A DNA stretch of 64,000 bases from Terriglobia bacterium (GCA_963666975.2 CAXVYR010000002.1:1-64000); one strand, 5' to 3'. Counted from the first letter of the stretch, positions 41,366 to 52,570 are shown. Numbers and translations are program-made. Notes: generated from the sequence alone by a model not told the origin.

Positions 41366-42272
41366 CGGGTGCCATACATAGTTGAGGAATCGTCTCCTCA
41401 ATGGTGGCGGTCGCGAAGAGCGAATGAAGGGAAAATATCACGTTTGGCTCCAAGCAGTTGGAAAACGCTGGCTGTAGTTTTGCCAAACCATCACAGCCGG
41501 TGGCTACCATCACTCTCCATCAGGGATTGATCGGGCCGGGCGAGGTTTGGAACGATTCTGAGCATGCAGTTCTCGCGGGGCCAAAGAGTCCCATGTGCGC
41601 TGGCATGGCCGGCAATTGGGGAGGGTGAAAATGCGGGTGGAGCGCCCCAAGTCGGTGTCCTACGTCACTGCGGAAAAGCGAGAAGACGGGCAAGATGCGG
41701 GCACGCGGCCTGATCTGGACACCGTACCGCGAGGGCGTAGATGTCATGTCAAATCCGGTCAGATAGCAAGGAGCGCGGCGGCTGGATACTGTTGGCGCCG
41801 CGGGAGGGACTGGTGATTTACCTGGTTTTGCGGTTCCCCGTCATCGAAGTAAATGTAATCGCGTAAGGCGCATCAACTGCCGACCGGCGCGGCGGGAAAA
41901 GGCCGCCTTCCAGCAAGGTTTGCGCACGGATCAGCGCTATCTGTTTGTGATCGACGGCGCCAAACGCTCCGCGCGGGGATCGAGGAAGTTACATCCGGCC
42001 GGAAATACGACAAAAGTGGTTTCTGGCCTGGGTCGACCGTGGCATTGCAATTGGCATCGCAGCTCCGAGTGCTAAGCGTAGTTGCTCCCAACGAAATGTG
42101 ATGTCTGCCTCCAGCAAGTGCAAGCGTTGGTGCCCTGGCCGGATGGCCGCGTACCGTGCCATCTGGATCATGCGGGCTTTGGCGGTGCGCAAGGAGTTTT
42201 GGCCGAAGTCCAAACGCTGCGCCTCTCCAAGGAGAAAGTGCCGGTACCCGGTGCTGCAAGGAGTTTGGGACC
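41366..42272 (+). mobile_element. Collapsed copy of the IS256 element
   Basis: Colinear matches to the 48-1496 element (CCATACATAGTTGA, ATGAAGGGAAAATATCACGTTT, GATCAGCGCTATCTGTTTGTGATCGACGGCGCCAAA, GAGTTTGGGAC) compressed into about 900 bp. Confidence 0.85.
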
Positions 42273-42370
42273 GCAGGAAAAGCAAAGGCGATGGTAACCA
42301 TCATGATGGCGACCACAATGGTAATCTCCATAAGGCTGAAGCCCTTTTCTTCTTCGCGCCGGGAAGCCAT
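42273..42370 (-). pseudogene. 5' fragment of a FimT/GspH-like prepilin
   Basis: MASRREEEKG|FSLMEITIVVAIMMVTIAFAFP, cut by the IS256 copy. Confidence 0.7.
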
Positions 42371-43106
42371 TTGCCGATGCTCTGGGGAGGAAATTAGATG
42401 CCATCACGATGCCCCTCCTGATGCCTGCGGGATGCTGCACCACGCCTTACAGCTGGGCGCCCGGCTGTGGCTGACCATCCACTGCCCTCGCCTCCTGAGC
42501 GACAACGGGCCGTGCTATCCGAACTGCAATCATGGCTGGCAGAAAAGCCCGTCAATGAATAAATGGAACGCTCCCGAAACTTCCCGTACCAGAGCTAGAT
42601 CGACCGCTTCTTCACAACCCCCTATGACGTTTTTGCTCTCAAAAACGGGTCGCATCAAAGAGAAAAGGCTAAGATTTTTCGGAAGGGCATACCAAACCGC
42701 GCGATGCATCGAACGTGCAGCCGGTTTCCTCCTCTACTCCTAACTTGGAAGGAGGCACGCCTCCTTGTATCCTACACGAGTGCCCATCATCCAGCCAGAC
42801 ATGTGTCATTTTGAAAACCGGAACAAAGTGCTACTTCAGTGACCCCAAATATTTCTTCTTCACGTATCGCGCATTTATATCTATACCGTTTTCGCAAATG
42901 GTGTAGACCGCTCTGCCATCGGGACCAGGCATCCTCTTTGGCTGTCATCCTGAGCCCTTCGGCGTATTCGTGCGCGTGAGCGACGACACGCGTTACCCTA
43001 TTATTCCTTCTTGAACTTGCATCGGCCAAGTGAACGACCTGGACGGCGATGGAATCCATTATGATATAAGCTTCTGGGAACGCCACAATCGCAAAGGAAT
43101 CATTTA

Positions 43107-45935
43107 ATGAGGGCTTTACTGTTTTGCATGCTGGTTCTGTCATTGCCGACAACGGCCGCTGCCGGAGAAATTCAAGGGCATATTCGGAGCGCGCAAGGCG
43201 CGGCGATCTCCGGGGCAAAGATCACGGTTACCAACCAGCAGGAGGACGCACACTGGGAAGCTGTCACGGGGGAGGACGGCGACTTTACGGTCACGGGCCT
43301 CGACCCTGGTTTCTATCGCGGGAGCGCCCGGCTCGGCCCGCCCGGCTCGGCCCGGGCTGACTTCCAATTCCCGCAGGCCCAGGCGCAGGCCGCCTCCGCG
43401 GCGGAGGAGCGGAGCCGAAACCTCCTGCTTGTGGCGGAAGAACGGAATCCGAACATCTTTGTTTCTCGCATCGACTTGAACGCCCTGCGGACCCGCTTGA
43501 CATTGATTCGGGGCGCAGAGGCCCAATATATCCCCGAATTCCGGCCGGAGCAGAATTACTTCGGCGCGGAATTCGGGTTCCCGCTGCAAGAGTTTGAAGT
43601 CATCCGCTCCCGCCCGCTGGCGACGGGCTGGCGCGGTTCCGTTTTTGGCCTGCACCAGAACAGCGCCCTGAACGCCCGAAAGTTTTTCCAGGTGGGCCCG
43701 GTGGCCCCTTCCCGTTCTAGCCGATACGATCTGACCGCCGGGGGACCGATGCTTTCCCCGAATGCATCGTTGCTGTTCCAATTCGGTCAGGGCTTCACCT
43801 CGGATTTGCTTAACGATACCATCCAGGTACCCTTGGCCTCAGAGCGAACGCCGCGCTCTTCCGACCCCGAAGTAAATGCGGTGATCGCCAACCTCTTGAG
43901 GGCTTACCCGGCCGAGTTGCCCAACCTGCCTCATATCAGCCCGCGGGTACTCAATGCGAATGCCCCGCGCGATATAAACTCCACGAATAGCCTGGCGCGG
44001 CTGGATCTCAAAGCGGCCGAGGACATCTCCTTCGCCCTGCGGTATTCCATCAGTGATTTCAGCGAAGATCCCGCCGAGCTCGTGGTTGGGCAGAAACCTC
44101 AGACGGAGCTGCGCACGCAGGCTGCGCATGCCAGCGTAACCCGGACCTTCTCTGCCGAAACCATTGGCCGCTTCGGCTTCCATTTTGACCGGACCAAAGC
44201 ATTGTTGCAGCCGACCAGCCGGTTTACGGAACTTCTGGCTCCCCTGGGCATTGCCTCAGTCCCCAACGTTGATTTGGCCTTCGAGGTGGCCAACATCGGC
44301 CCTGGCGTGATCTTCCCGCGCCGCAGGATTCAGAACCGTTTTCAACTGTACGCCGATCTCAGCCGGACTCTCGGGCGGCACACTCTGAAGGCCGGCTGGA
44401 GCACCTCTCGCATTCAGGTGAACGACCTGCAAAGCGACAACAGCCGCGGGACCCTGCGATTTGCCGCGGACTCCGGACGTTCGGCGGTTGAAAATTTTCT
44501 GCTGGGGAGGCCGGAGAGTTTCACGGTTGCTCTGGGAAACCTCCTCCGCGGGTTTCGGAATTGGGAACACTTCTTCTTCGTGGAGGACCAGATTCGCCTG
44601 TTTCCCTCCTTCAGCCTGAGCCTCGGGTTGCGGTATGAATTGATGACCGCACCCACAGAGGTGAACGGCCTCACCGACACCGGCTTTTCGGCTGACAAGA
44701 ATAATTTTGCCCCGCGTTTTGGTTTTGCCTGGAATCCTCGCAGCGGAAGTACGACCGTTCGGGGCGCTTACGGGATCTCCTACGGAACCCTATTCCCGGT
44801 CTCCTACGGAATGACGCGCTTTAACCCGCCCGCCACCCAGGTGATTGAGGTGTTCGAGCCGGACTTTGCAAACCTGCTTTCCGGCATCCCGCAGGAACCC
44901 GAGGAGGGCGGCCGGTCGGCGCTGAATATTTTGAACCCCGATTTGGCGCATCCTTACTCGCACCAATACACCCTCGGCATCGAGCGAACCCTGCCGTGGG
45001 CCAGCACGTTCCGCATCGCCTATCTTGGGATGCGGTCCTTCAAGCTTTTCTCCCGGGGAGTATATAATCGTGCCCATCCTGTTCCCGGCATTCCCACCAC
45101 CACAGCCACCATCAACCAGCGGCGGCCCGACCCTCGTTACTTCGCCATCAATATGATAGAAGGCAATAGCATCGCCTACTACGACGCGATGCAGCTTTCC
45201 TTCCAGAAGAGGCTGACCCACGGGCTGACGTTCCAGGCGTCTTATACCTTTAGCAAGAACATCGACATAGGCGGCGATTTCACCAACACCGCTTCCGTGG
45301 AAGTCCCACCCGAAGTGGGGACGTCCAGTTGTGAACTCTGCGACCGGGTCAGCGATCAGAAGGCAGTCAGCCTGTTTGACACCCCGCACGCTTTGTCCAT
45401 CCGGTACAGTTACAGCCTTCCTTTTGCCTCCAGGGCCGACGGATGGAAAACGGCTTTGTTCGGGGGATGGCAGATTTCAGGCGCCACCATCTTCCAATCC
45501 GGAACTACGTTCCATCCGCATACCGGTTCGGACGCGCCCGGTTTCGGCAACGTGGACGGGCAAACCTCGGACCGCCCCAACATTTTGAATCCGGACATCC
45601 TGGGAACGAGCCCGGACGATCCCGACACCTCCCAGTTGATCTTCGACCGGGCATTTTTCGACACCAACATTCCTCCCGGCGGCCGCGGCAACATCGGCTA
45701 CAACACCTTCCGTAAGGACGGCACCAACAATTGGAGCTTTGCGGTGGGTAAAATGTTTCGCTTTGCCGGCGGGCGGGAGAGGACGCTGCGGTTCCGCGCG
45801 GAATTCCTCAATCTGTTGAATCACGCTCAATTTATCAAGCCGGGGGTTCAGGTATCCATTCCTACGTTTGGTCAAATCACCAATACGGTGAACAAGGGGA
45901 GGCAGGTGCAGTTCTCCTTGCGTCTGAATTTCTAA
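43107..45935 (+). CDS. TonB-dependent receptor-like outer-membrane protein (Oar type)
   Basis: Signal peptide, carboxypeptidase-regulatory-like domain, SLGLRYE, NNFAPRFGFAW and C-terminal RQVQFSLRLNF. Confidence 0.9.
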   Translation: MRALLFCMLVLSLPTTAAAGEIQGHIRSAQGAAISGAKITVTNQQEDAHWEAVTGEDGDFTVTGLDPGFYRGSARLGPPGSARADFQFPQAQAQAASAAEERSRNLLLVAEERNPNIFVSRIDLNALRTRLTLIRGAEAQYIPEFRPEQNYFGAEFGFPLQEFEVIRSRPLATGWRGSVFGLHQNSALNARKFFQVGPVAPSRSSRYDLTAGGPMLSPNASLLFQFGQGFTSDLLNDTIQVPLASERTPRSSDPEVNAVIANLLRAYPAELPNLPHISPRVLNANAPRDINSTNSLARLDLKAAEDISFALRYSISDFSEDPAELVVGQKPQTELRTQAAHASVTRTFSAETIGRFGFHFDRTKALLQPTSRFTELLAPLGIASVPNVDLAFEVANIGPGVIFPRRRIQNRFQLYADLSRTLGRHTLKAGWSTSRIQVNDLQSDNSRGTLRFAADSGRSAVENFLLGRPESFTVALGNLLRGFRNWEHFFFVEDQIRLFPSFSLSLGLRYELMTAPTEVNGLTDTGFSADKNNFAPRFGFAWNPRSGSTTVRGAYGISYGTLFPVSYGMTRFNPPATQVIEVFEPDFANLLSGIPQEPEEGGRSALNILNPDLAHPYSHQYTLGIERTLPWASTFRIAYLGMRSFKLFSRGVYNRAHPVPGIPTTTATINQRRPDPRYFAINMIEGNSIAYYDAMQLSFQKRLTHGLTFQASYTFSKNIDIGGDFTNTASVEVPPEVGTSSCELCDRVSDQKAVSLFDTPHALSIRYSYSLPFASRADGWKTALFGGWQISGATIFQSGTTFHPHTGSDAPGFGNVDGQTSDRPNILNPDILGTSPDDPDTSQLIFDRAFFDTNIPPGGRGNIGYNTFRKDGTNNWSFAVGKMFRFAGGRERTLRFRAEFLNLLNHAQFIKPGVQVSIPTFGQITNTVNKGRQVQFSLRLNF

Positions 45936-46033
45936 CCGGCGCGGCTGGCTCCCGGCGCACCCGCACTGCGTTCGAGCAGCTTTTGGGAAATTAAAAGGAG
46001 GAAATTAAAGGTCAGGCGTGCGGGCTTGCCGCG

Positions 46034-46243
46034 TCAAAAAATTATTCCTGGACCGCCCGTGTTGCCGGGGCCGTTCTGCAACGGCTCATTTTTCTTGCCC
46101 ACCGAAGTTCCGCAGCGGGCACAAAGGTATTCGGAAAGCTCCCGGTCCATTAAGACCAAAAGCAGCTTCTTGCGCACCGGCATGGCCTGCCGGCACTTGG
46201 GACAAAAGATCGAAACCGCTTCCAGACTCTCAAACTGATCCAT
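46034..46243 (-). CDS. Small Zn-ribbon protein
   Basis: CPKC..MPVRKKLLLVL..YLCARCG. Confidence 0.75.
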   Translation of the reverse strand: MDQFESLEAVSIFCPKCRQAMPVRKKLLLVLMDRELSEYLCARCGTSVGKKNEPLQNGPGNTGGPGIIF

Positions 46244-46401
46244 AGAAAATCGGCATTCCACGTTGCTGACGGTCATTCAATTTCTCAGCGGTTTCTGATA
46301 GTCGGTGGTTGTGAATCGACTGGTAGGTATAAAGCTTTCCTAAAACATCTATTAGAGCTTCCATTCTCTCATCAAGTCTGAGAGCTATCCTCCTGGCTAG
46401 A

Positions 46402-46623
46402 TTAAACAATGACCACAGACCATTTGTGACCTGGCTCTTCTCTCCCCTCCCAATCAGGTTGTAGCAGATGGACTTTGAGGGTGGTAGTGCCTCCTACGCT
46501 TGCTATAAAAACATCATCCAAAGCTGTTGCTTCCCAGGTCAATTTCCCAGCCTTCGTTTTCTCCACAAGTGTGTTCACTAATGGGGCAGGGTCTAACTCT
46601 TTGTCCAGCGGTTGATTACTCAT
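46402..46623 (-). CDS. Hypothetical protein (possibly truncated)
   Basis: RBS AAGGA before ATG; lower-GC region. Confidence 0.45.
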   Translation of the reverse strand: MSNQPLDKELDPAPLVNTLVEKTKAGKLTWEATALDDVFIASVGGTTTLKVHLLQPDWEGREEPGHKWSVVIV

Positions 46624-46727
46624 TTCCTTGCTCCAGAATCAATTTCTCCTTTAATTCTACCCAGGTTCTCCCTCAAAGTCACGATACTACGCCTACAAAT
46701 CCGAATCAGTCTTTGCTTTTGATCTGC

Positions 46728-47174
46728 CTAAAGAGGTTGGTCTCGATTAGTCATGATATTTTCGGCGATAATCCGCAATTGCGTCCTTACATTGAGTATT
46801 CGTTCTTGCAGTAGTTCGTTCTTGCAATTATCGCTTAGATAAGGACTTCGTCTGTAAGGAATTTCGCTTAGTGCTGAAGTCAACTCGTGAACCCTGATTC
46901 CGGCCTCAGCGAAGCGATCATGTTCAATGAAGTCCCCGAGTTGCTCCATTTTTGCACATGCAAGTTCAAACTCGTCCGCCAGAGCACGGATCGTAATACG
47001 GTCCCGTGCCTCTCTGGCAGCGGTCGAAGCCCTCCCAGCCCGAATCCAGGCAAGCAGGCTGAATAAAAGCCCGAAATACTTGCGATGCCGAAGATGATTT
47101 CCAATGATGTCACTTTTTCTCGTTGCCATTATGCCCTTTCTCATGGCTTTGGGGAACGCTGCCTTTTCATTCAA
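46728..47174 (-). CDS. Hypothetical membrane-anchored protein (start uncertain)
   Basis: One TM segment then a helical region; lower-GC region. Confidence 0.4.
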   Translation of the reverse strand: MNEKAAFPKAMRKGIMATRKSDIIGNHLRHRKYFGLLFSLLAWIRAGRASTAAREARDRITIRALADEFELACAKMEQLGDFIEHDRFAEAGIRVHELTSALSEIPYRRSPYLSDNCKNELLQERILNVRTQLRIIAENIMTNRDQPL

Positions 47175-47322
47175 AGGATCGGATTATTAGAGCTTATATC
47201 CGATCTGGCGAAACCACCTCTTCTTTGCAGAAACGTCAGCGGGCATCCCTGGAAAATGCATCTGGCCCCTTACCGCCCCCATCCGTTACCGCGTCCGGAA
47301 TTCCAACCATGGAACTCATAAA

Positions 47323-49023
47323 TCAATGCACGCGCTTTTCGTAGCCTGCCCATTCCTTTTCGCGGATTTCAAATTTTTTGATCTTGCCGGTTGAGGTCTT
47401 CGGCAACGGCCCAAAGGCGACGTCCTGGGGACACTTGAAGTGGGCCAGCCGCTGCCGGCAGAAATCAATAATGTCCTTTGCGCTCGTCTGGCGCTTGGGC
47501 TTGAGCGTGACAAAAGCCTTGGGAACCTCTCCCCACTTTTCATCGGGAACGGCTACTACGGCCACCTCCATCACATCGGGATGCTCGCAAACGGCCTTCT
47601 CCACCTCCTGGGTGGAGATGTTCTCGCCGCCGCTGATGATGATGTCCTTGGAACGATCGCGAATCTCAATGTAGCCGGAGGGATGCATCACGGCCAGGTC
47701 GCCGCTGTGGAACCATCCTCCGCGAAAGGCGGTCTCGGTCGCCTTCGTGTCCTTGAAATAGCCCTTCATGACGATGTTCCCGCGCATGACCACCTCGCCC
47801 AGCACCTGCCCGTTGGCGGGGACATCCTGCATCTTGTCGTCCACCACCCGCATGCTGGTTCCACTAAGGACATTGGGCACGCCCTGCAGGGCCTGGATTT
47901 GCGCGCGGTCCGCCAATTCTTTTGTATTCCATTCTTCCCGCCATTCACAGAACGTGAAGGGACCGTAGGTCTCAGTGAGACCATAGAGATGCAGGACGTC
48001 GATTCCAAACTTCCCTGCTTCGCGAATCAAAGCCGGCGAGGGGGGAGCCCCGCCCACCGCCACGCGCAGAGGATTCTCCAGCCGGAAATTCTCCGCCGCC
48101 GGATGGTGCAGCAGCGAGGTCAGCACGGTGGGAGCGCAGCAGAAGTTCGTGACTCGATGCTTGCGAATGGCCTGGAGCATCTTCTCCGGCTCCGGCTTGC
48201 GCAGGCAAACGTTGGCGCCGCCCATGGCGGTTACACCCCACGTAAAGCACCACCCGTTACAGTGGAACATGGGAACAATCCATAGGTAGTTGCTGTAGTT
48301 CTGGAGCTCCAGCATCTCGGTGACTCCCAGGGCGTTCAGGTACGCTCCCCGGTGAGTGAACATCACTCCCTTGGGGCGGCCGGTGGTGCCGCTGGTGTAG
48401 TTCACCGAAATAATATCGTTCTCATCATCCAGCCGAAAGTCCGCAAACTCGTCTTCGCCCCGGCCGAGGAACTCCTCGTAGTCTTCTCCCTGCAGAGGGC
48501 ATTCCACGCCGGCGCCGGTATCCCGGACAATCACAAATTTCTTGGTCGAGCGAAGCTGCGCCGCGCGGGAAGCAATCACTGGAGCCAGTTCTGAATCCAC
48601 GATCAGGATTTCGGCTTCGGAATGGTCCAGAATATATGCGATTTCATCCCCGCTGAGCCGCGTGTTGATGGCCACCAATACGGCCCCCGCGAGCGGCACG
48701 CCGAAGTGGGCTTCAAGCAACGGCGGCAAGTTGGGCGCTAGATACCCGACACGGTCTCCCGGCTGGACGCCCGCGCTGCGGAGCGCCCCGGCCAGCCGGT
48801 GAACCCGGCGGCGCAACTCGGCGTAGCTCCACTGCTGGTCTTCATAAACAACAGCCGTCTTGTCCGCGTAAACAACTGCGCTCCGTTCCAGAAAAGTGAT
48901 CGGGGTCAGCTTGCTGATGGAGACGTCCATCTGCTGGTTGAGTTGTTCGTCGATGGATGCTCCCCGGGAAAAGGCCTGGGAGGAAGTTTCTCCAGGACCA
49001 GCAGGGACAGGAGTGGAAGCCAT
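47323..49023 (-). CDS. Acyl-CoA synthetase (AMP-binding; fatty-acid--CoA ligase-like)
   Basis: YTSGTTGRPKG, YGLTETYG, FHSGDL, DRSKDIIISGGENI and PKTSTGK. Confidence 0.94.
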   Translation of the reverse strand: MASTPVPAGPGETSSQAFSRGASIDEQLNQQMDVSISKLTPITFLERSAVVYADKTAVVYEDQQWSYAELRRRVHRLAGALRSAGVQPGDRVGYLAPNLPPLLEAHFGVPLAGAVLVAINTRLSGDEIAYILDHSEAEILIVDSELAPVIASRAAQLRSTKKFVIVRDTGAGVECPLQGEDYEEFLGRGEDEFADFRLDDENDIISVNYTSGTTGRPKGVMFTHRGAYLNALGVTEMLELQNYSNYLWIVPMFHCNGWCFTWGVTAMGGANVCLRKPEPEKMLQAIRKHRVTNFCCAPTVLTSLLHHPAAENFRLENPLRVAVGGAPPSPALIREAGKFGIDVLHLYGLTETYGPFTFCEWREEWNTKELADRAQIQALQGVPNVLSGTSMRVVDDKMQDVPANGQVLGEVVMRGNIVMKGYFKDTKATETAFRGGWFHSGDLAVMHPSGYIEIRDRSKDIIISGGENISTQEVEKAVCEHPDVMEVAVVAVPDEKWGEVPKAFVTLKPKRQTSAKDIIDFCRQRLAHFKCPQDVAFGPLPKTSTGKIKKFEIREKEWAGYEKRVH

Positions 49024-49299
49024 GTAAATCCTCCGACAAATGTGGCATTGCTTCAGAGCCGCCAATGGATTTCAAGCGACGATCATTGTACCGCAAAGTT
49101 TCACCCGTCTCTCCCCGCGATTTCCCGAATCAACGCAGCAGCGTTCCATACCCGCTGCCACCATCATTTCCCGCTGCCTCGAGCAATCAACCGGTTGTTG
49201 CAAAAAGAGAGGAAGGAGTAGGATAGGAGCAGATAGGACAGGCACAGAATTGCGCGAGTTGCCGCTTTCTGCAACGCCTCCCGTTTGCAGCCCGCCGCC

Positions 49300-50274
49300 A
49301 TGGAAAGGCTCGCAGTGAACGCCGTCAACCAAATCCCACCCCGCGCTTCGATGATCCGCGAAACACGCTTTGCCATGGGGCTTTCTCTGGCTGTGGGTAT
49401 CCTCATGCTTGCAGGCAAATCCGCCTCCTACTGGCTCACCGGCTCAGCGGCCATCTTCTCCGACGCGGCTGAATCCGTGGTGCACGTGGCAGCCGTCGGT
49501 TTTGCCGCCTATAGTTTGTGGCTTAGCACCAAGCCGCCCAACCCGAAATTTCCATACGGCTACGAGAAAATCTCTTACTTCTCGGCTGGCTTTGAAGGAG
49601 CGCTGATTATCCTGGCGGCGGGATTGATTCTCTACCACTCCATCAGCCGGTGGCTGGCAGGCCCGGAGCTTGCCCGCCTGGGGCTGGGCACGGCGCTGAT
49701 CGGCGGCGCGGCATTGGTGAACGCCGCATTGGGAACGTATTTGATCTCGAAGGGAAAGAAAAACAACTCTCTGATCCTCGAAGCCAACGGCCGGCACGTG
49801 CTGACCGACAGTTGGACCAGCTTCGGCGTGGTGGGCGGCCTCTGCCTGGTCCTGCTGACCGGCTGGAAGCCTTTCGACTCCCTGCTGGCAATCGCGGTGG
49901 CAGTGAACATTCTGTGGTCGGGGAAAGGACTGGTCCGGAAGTCGTTTGCCGGGCTGATGGACGTCGCCGACCCGGAGCTTGGGAGCACGATTCGAGAACA
50001 GCTCGATCGGCTGACGGCGGAAATGAACGTCGGCTACCACGGCGTGCGCTTCCGCCACACCGGCATCAGTTTGTGGATTGAATTCGAGTTGCAGTTTCCC
50101 GGCGGGACGGCCATCCAGGATGCACACCGCGTGGCGACGAACCTGGAAAGAAAATTAAAGGAAAGCCTGCCCCTGCCCGCAGAAGTATTGACGCACCTGG
50201 AGTCCGCCGAGGACCACGCCTTCGTCCATGAAGAGCCGCACTACGAGGGCAAGCCGGGGCTTCGCGAGAGTTAG
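49300..50274 (+). CDS. Cation diffusion facilitator (FieF-like)
   Basis: SDAAES, FPYGYEK and HVLTD; six TM helices. Confidence 0.9.
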   Translation: MERLAVNAVNQIPPRASMIRETRFAMGLSLAVGILMLAGKSASYWLTGSAAIFSDAAESVVHVAAVGFAAYSLWLSTKPPNPKFPYGYEKISYFSAGFEGALIILAAGLILYHSISRWLAGPELARLGLGTALIGGAALVNAALGTYLISKGKKNNSLILEANGRHVLTDSWTSFGVVGGLCLVLLTGWKPFDSLLAIAVAVNILWSGKGLVRKSFAGLMDVADPELGSTIREQLDRLTAEMNVGYHGVRFRHTGISLWIEFELQFPGGTAIQDAHRVATNLERKLKESLPLPAEVLTHLESAEDHAFVHEEPHYEGKPGLRES

Positions 50275-50293
50275 GCTAAGAAGGGAGTGCCTC

Positions 50294-50590
50294 ATGGTTC
50301 ACCCAATCTATCGTGTCAAAGCTTTTGAAATCGTGAAGCCTTATACCTTGCGCGTTCGGTTTGATGACGACACGGAGCAGACGATTGATTTTCAACCAGT
50401 GCTCGCCGGAGAACTCTACGGTCCTTTGAAGGATTTAGCGCTGTTCAATCAAGTCCAAATTGACCCGGAAGTGCACACGCTGCTTTGGCCTAACGGGGCA
50501 GATTTCGATCCCGCCACGCTCCATGACTGGCCGGACCATGTGGATTTTTTGACGGCCCGCGCGCGGCAATGGGAACCCACAACTGCCTGA
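50294..50590 (+). CDS. DUF2442-family protein
   Basis: YTLRVRFDD..IDF..LWPNGADFDPATL. Confidence 0.8.
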   Translation: MVHPIYRVKAFEIVKPYTLRVRFDDDTEQTIDFQPVLAGELYGPLKDLALFNQVQIDPEVHTLLWPNGADFDPATLHDWPDHVDFLTARARQWEPTTA

Positions 50591-50603
50591 AGGACACCGC
50601 CTC

Positions 50604-50760
50604 TCACGGAATCACGTTGCGGATAATCTCGTAGATCAAGCCGGTCGTCTCGTTCATCAGGATGACGTTCCCTGCAATCACCACGCGACGGTAGCCTGTG
50701 GGCAGCCTCGTCAACTGGCGCTCCAGTTCCGCAGGCAGCGGCTGAATTTCCTTCTGAATT
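50604..50760 (-). pseudogene. 3' remnant of an RcnB-like exported protein
   Basis: Frame QKEIQPLPAELERQLTRLPTGYRRVVIAGNVILMNETTGLIYEII with no start codon. Confidence 0.4.
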
Positions 50761-50863
50761 CTGAAGCTACAGAGGCACAGAAATTATAGAGACAAAAAAG
50801 ATATGTGTTTTGAGACTGGATGGATATCTCCGTGTCTCTGTGTCTCTGTGGCCTAATTCCAGA

Positions 50864-51946
50864 TCACGGATGCTCCTTCTCCGTAAACCACTCGCCGGGC
50901 ATTTCCCTTCCCACGCCCTGCTGCCGCGCACGCTCATAGACGGCGATTCCGCAGGCGGCAAACTGCAAACTCAGTCCGATGTTGTTGACGAAGCATGTGA
51001 CCTGCTCCGGGTTGCTCCGTCCGGCCACTTTGCCGGTCAGCAGCTCTCCCAGATTCGGCAGTTCGCCCCACTCCACGACGCCGCCCTTCGCCTTGGCCCC
51101 GCCGCTGGCAAGCTCCGGCACTACACTGCGGTCCCCTCCGCTGACAAAGCTGAGCGGCTCGGACTCCCGGCTGTGAATCACCAGGATGTCGGCGCCCTGG
51201 AGCGTCCCCCGGTCCAGCTCGAACGCACGGATCGAGGTGAGAAACATCCCCGGCTTCATCCAAGCCTCTTCAAACACCGGCTGGGCGGAGTTGGTGGCGG
51301 CGATGGCTATCTCGGCTCCCTCCACCGCTTCGCGGCCTGAAGCAACCGGCTCCACCGGCAGCCGCAGCCGCTCGGACCATTCCTTGGCGAATTTCTTGCG
51401 ATGGTCCGCATTCGGGCTGAAGACTCGAATGCGCTTTATGGGTCGCGCGGCGCAGATGGCCATCAACTGCGCCCCGGCCTGCCATCCGGAGCCGAGCAAG
51501 CCGACCGTCGAGGCATCCTCCCGGGCCAGCCGCTTGGCGGCGATGCCGTTGGCCGCGCCTACGCGCAGACGTTGGATCACCCCATCGGGGAAGACCGAGA
51601 TCAACTCGCCTGTCTCCATGCTGAACAGCAGGACCAGCCCCACATGGCGATTCCCCGGGGCCTTGGGCACCTTCTCCCGCCGCACGGTTCCGGCCCGGTT
51701 GTGCCATGTCAGAAAATCGGAGTTGACCCGCCACACGGCCACTTTCTTCCTCGGGTAAACGGCAGGCATGGACTTGAACTCATACACGCTCTTCTCCGGC
51801 CCGGGCAACGGGATGAGCATGTCGCGCCGGGCGGGCGAGATCGCCTCGCCCTCGACCAAGTCGCGATAGGCCGGTTCTTGCACATCCATGGCCACCTCGA
51901 TGGGCAGCAGTCGTTCCACTTCCTCGTTGTTCAGCACCAATGTCAC
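50864..51946 (-). CDS. Ornithine cyclodeaminase/mu-crystallin family protein
   Basis: LFSMETG, LRVGAA, GSGWQA and GLSLQFAA. Confidence 0.88.
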   Translation of the reverse strand: MTLVLNNEEVERLLPIEVAMDVQEPAYRDLVEGEAISPARRDMLIPLPGPEKSVYEFKSMPAVYPRKKVAVWRVNSDFLTWHNRAGTVRREKVPKAPGNRHVGLVLLFSMETGELISVFPDGVIQRLRVGAANGIAAKRLAREDASTVGLLGSGWQAGAQLMAICAARPIKRIRVFSPNADHRKKFAKEWSERLRLPVEPVASGREAVEGAEIAIAATNSAQPVFEEAWMKPGMFLTSIRAFELDRGTLQGADILVIHSRESEPLSFVSGGDRSVVPELASGGAKAKGGVVEWGELPNLGELLTGKVAGRSNPEQVTCFVNNIGLSLQFAACGIAVYERARQQGVGREMPGEWFTEKEHP

Positions 51947-51973
51947 TGCTTCCGCTCCTTTTGCGATCCCGCC

Positions 51974-52444
51974 TCAGCAAACACGGCGTGTGTCCGCTGA
52001 CCGGAGGTTTGCGCTGCCTCGATAGTCTCCGCCCGCAATCAGTTTACTCTCATCCACCTGCCCGTTATAAACATAGACCCAGACTTTTGCTTCCCGGCCA
52101 TCGTCCATCACCACAGGCGTTACAGCGCGAATAAACAAACTTCTTTCCGGATGCGAAGGAGAGAACGCTTCATATTCATCCAGGATGCTTACTGCATTTG
52201 CCGGGTCCCTGAGTTCATACACCTCGCCTCCGACGAGATGTTCAGAACCAGCACGGATGACCGCCGGGTACTCGCCCAAATCGTACAGTCTCCCCTGGAT
52301 ATTGCCTCGCCCGACGAACTCCGCTTGGACTCTTCCCTGCCAACTCTCCAGCGATGGAAAACCCCTCATCAGCGTTCCGTAAACGAAAAGAAAGCGCGGC
52401 GTTGCAACCGGATCAATTTCCCCCATCCGCCGACACCTCACCAA
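51974..52444 (-). CDS. Gamma-glutamylcyclotransferase family protein
   Basis: FVYGTLM, YPAV, GEVY, LDEYE and WVYVY. Confidence 0.88.
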   Translation of the reverse strand: MVRCRRMGEIDPVATPRFLFVYGTLMRGFPSLESWQGRVQAEFVGRGNIQGRLYDLGEYPAVIRAGSEHLVGGEVYELRDPANAVSILDEYEAFSPSHPERSLFIRAVTPVVMDDGREAKVWVYVYNGQVDESKLIAGGDYRGSANLRSADTRRVC

Positions 52445-52570
52445 GCAGTTTATGATTCTTTATACCACTTTTTCGGATTACCGATAATGGAAGGGTCCAG
52501 CGATTTGCAGGCAGCTTCTGGTTTCTCCTCCAATGTCCGGGAGGCAACGGTCCAAATACTTCAATACTGC

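Noticed and set aside
46300-47300. Lower-GC islet as a defence cassette
   Set aside because: Two short hypothetical ORFs with no recognisable motifs or boundaries.
50767-50851. CTACAGAGGCACAGA / TCTGTGTCTCTGTGG inverted repeat as an ncRNA
   Set aside because: Matches a common low-complexity REP-like palindrome type; nothing supports a discrete RNA.
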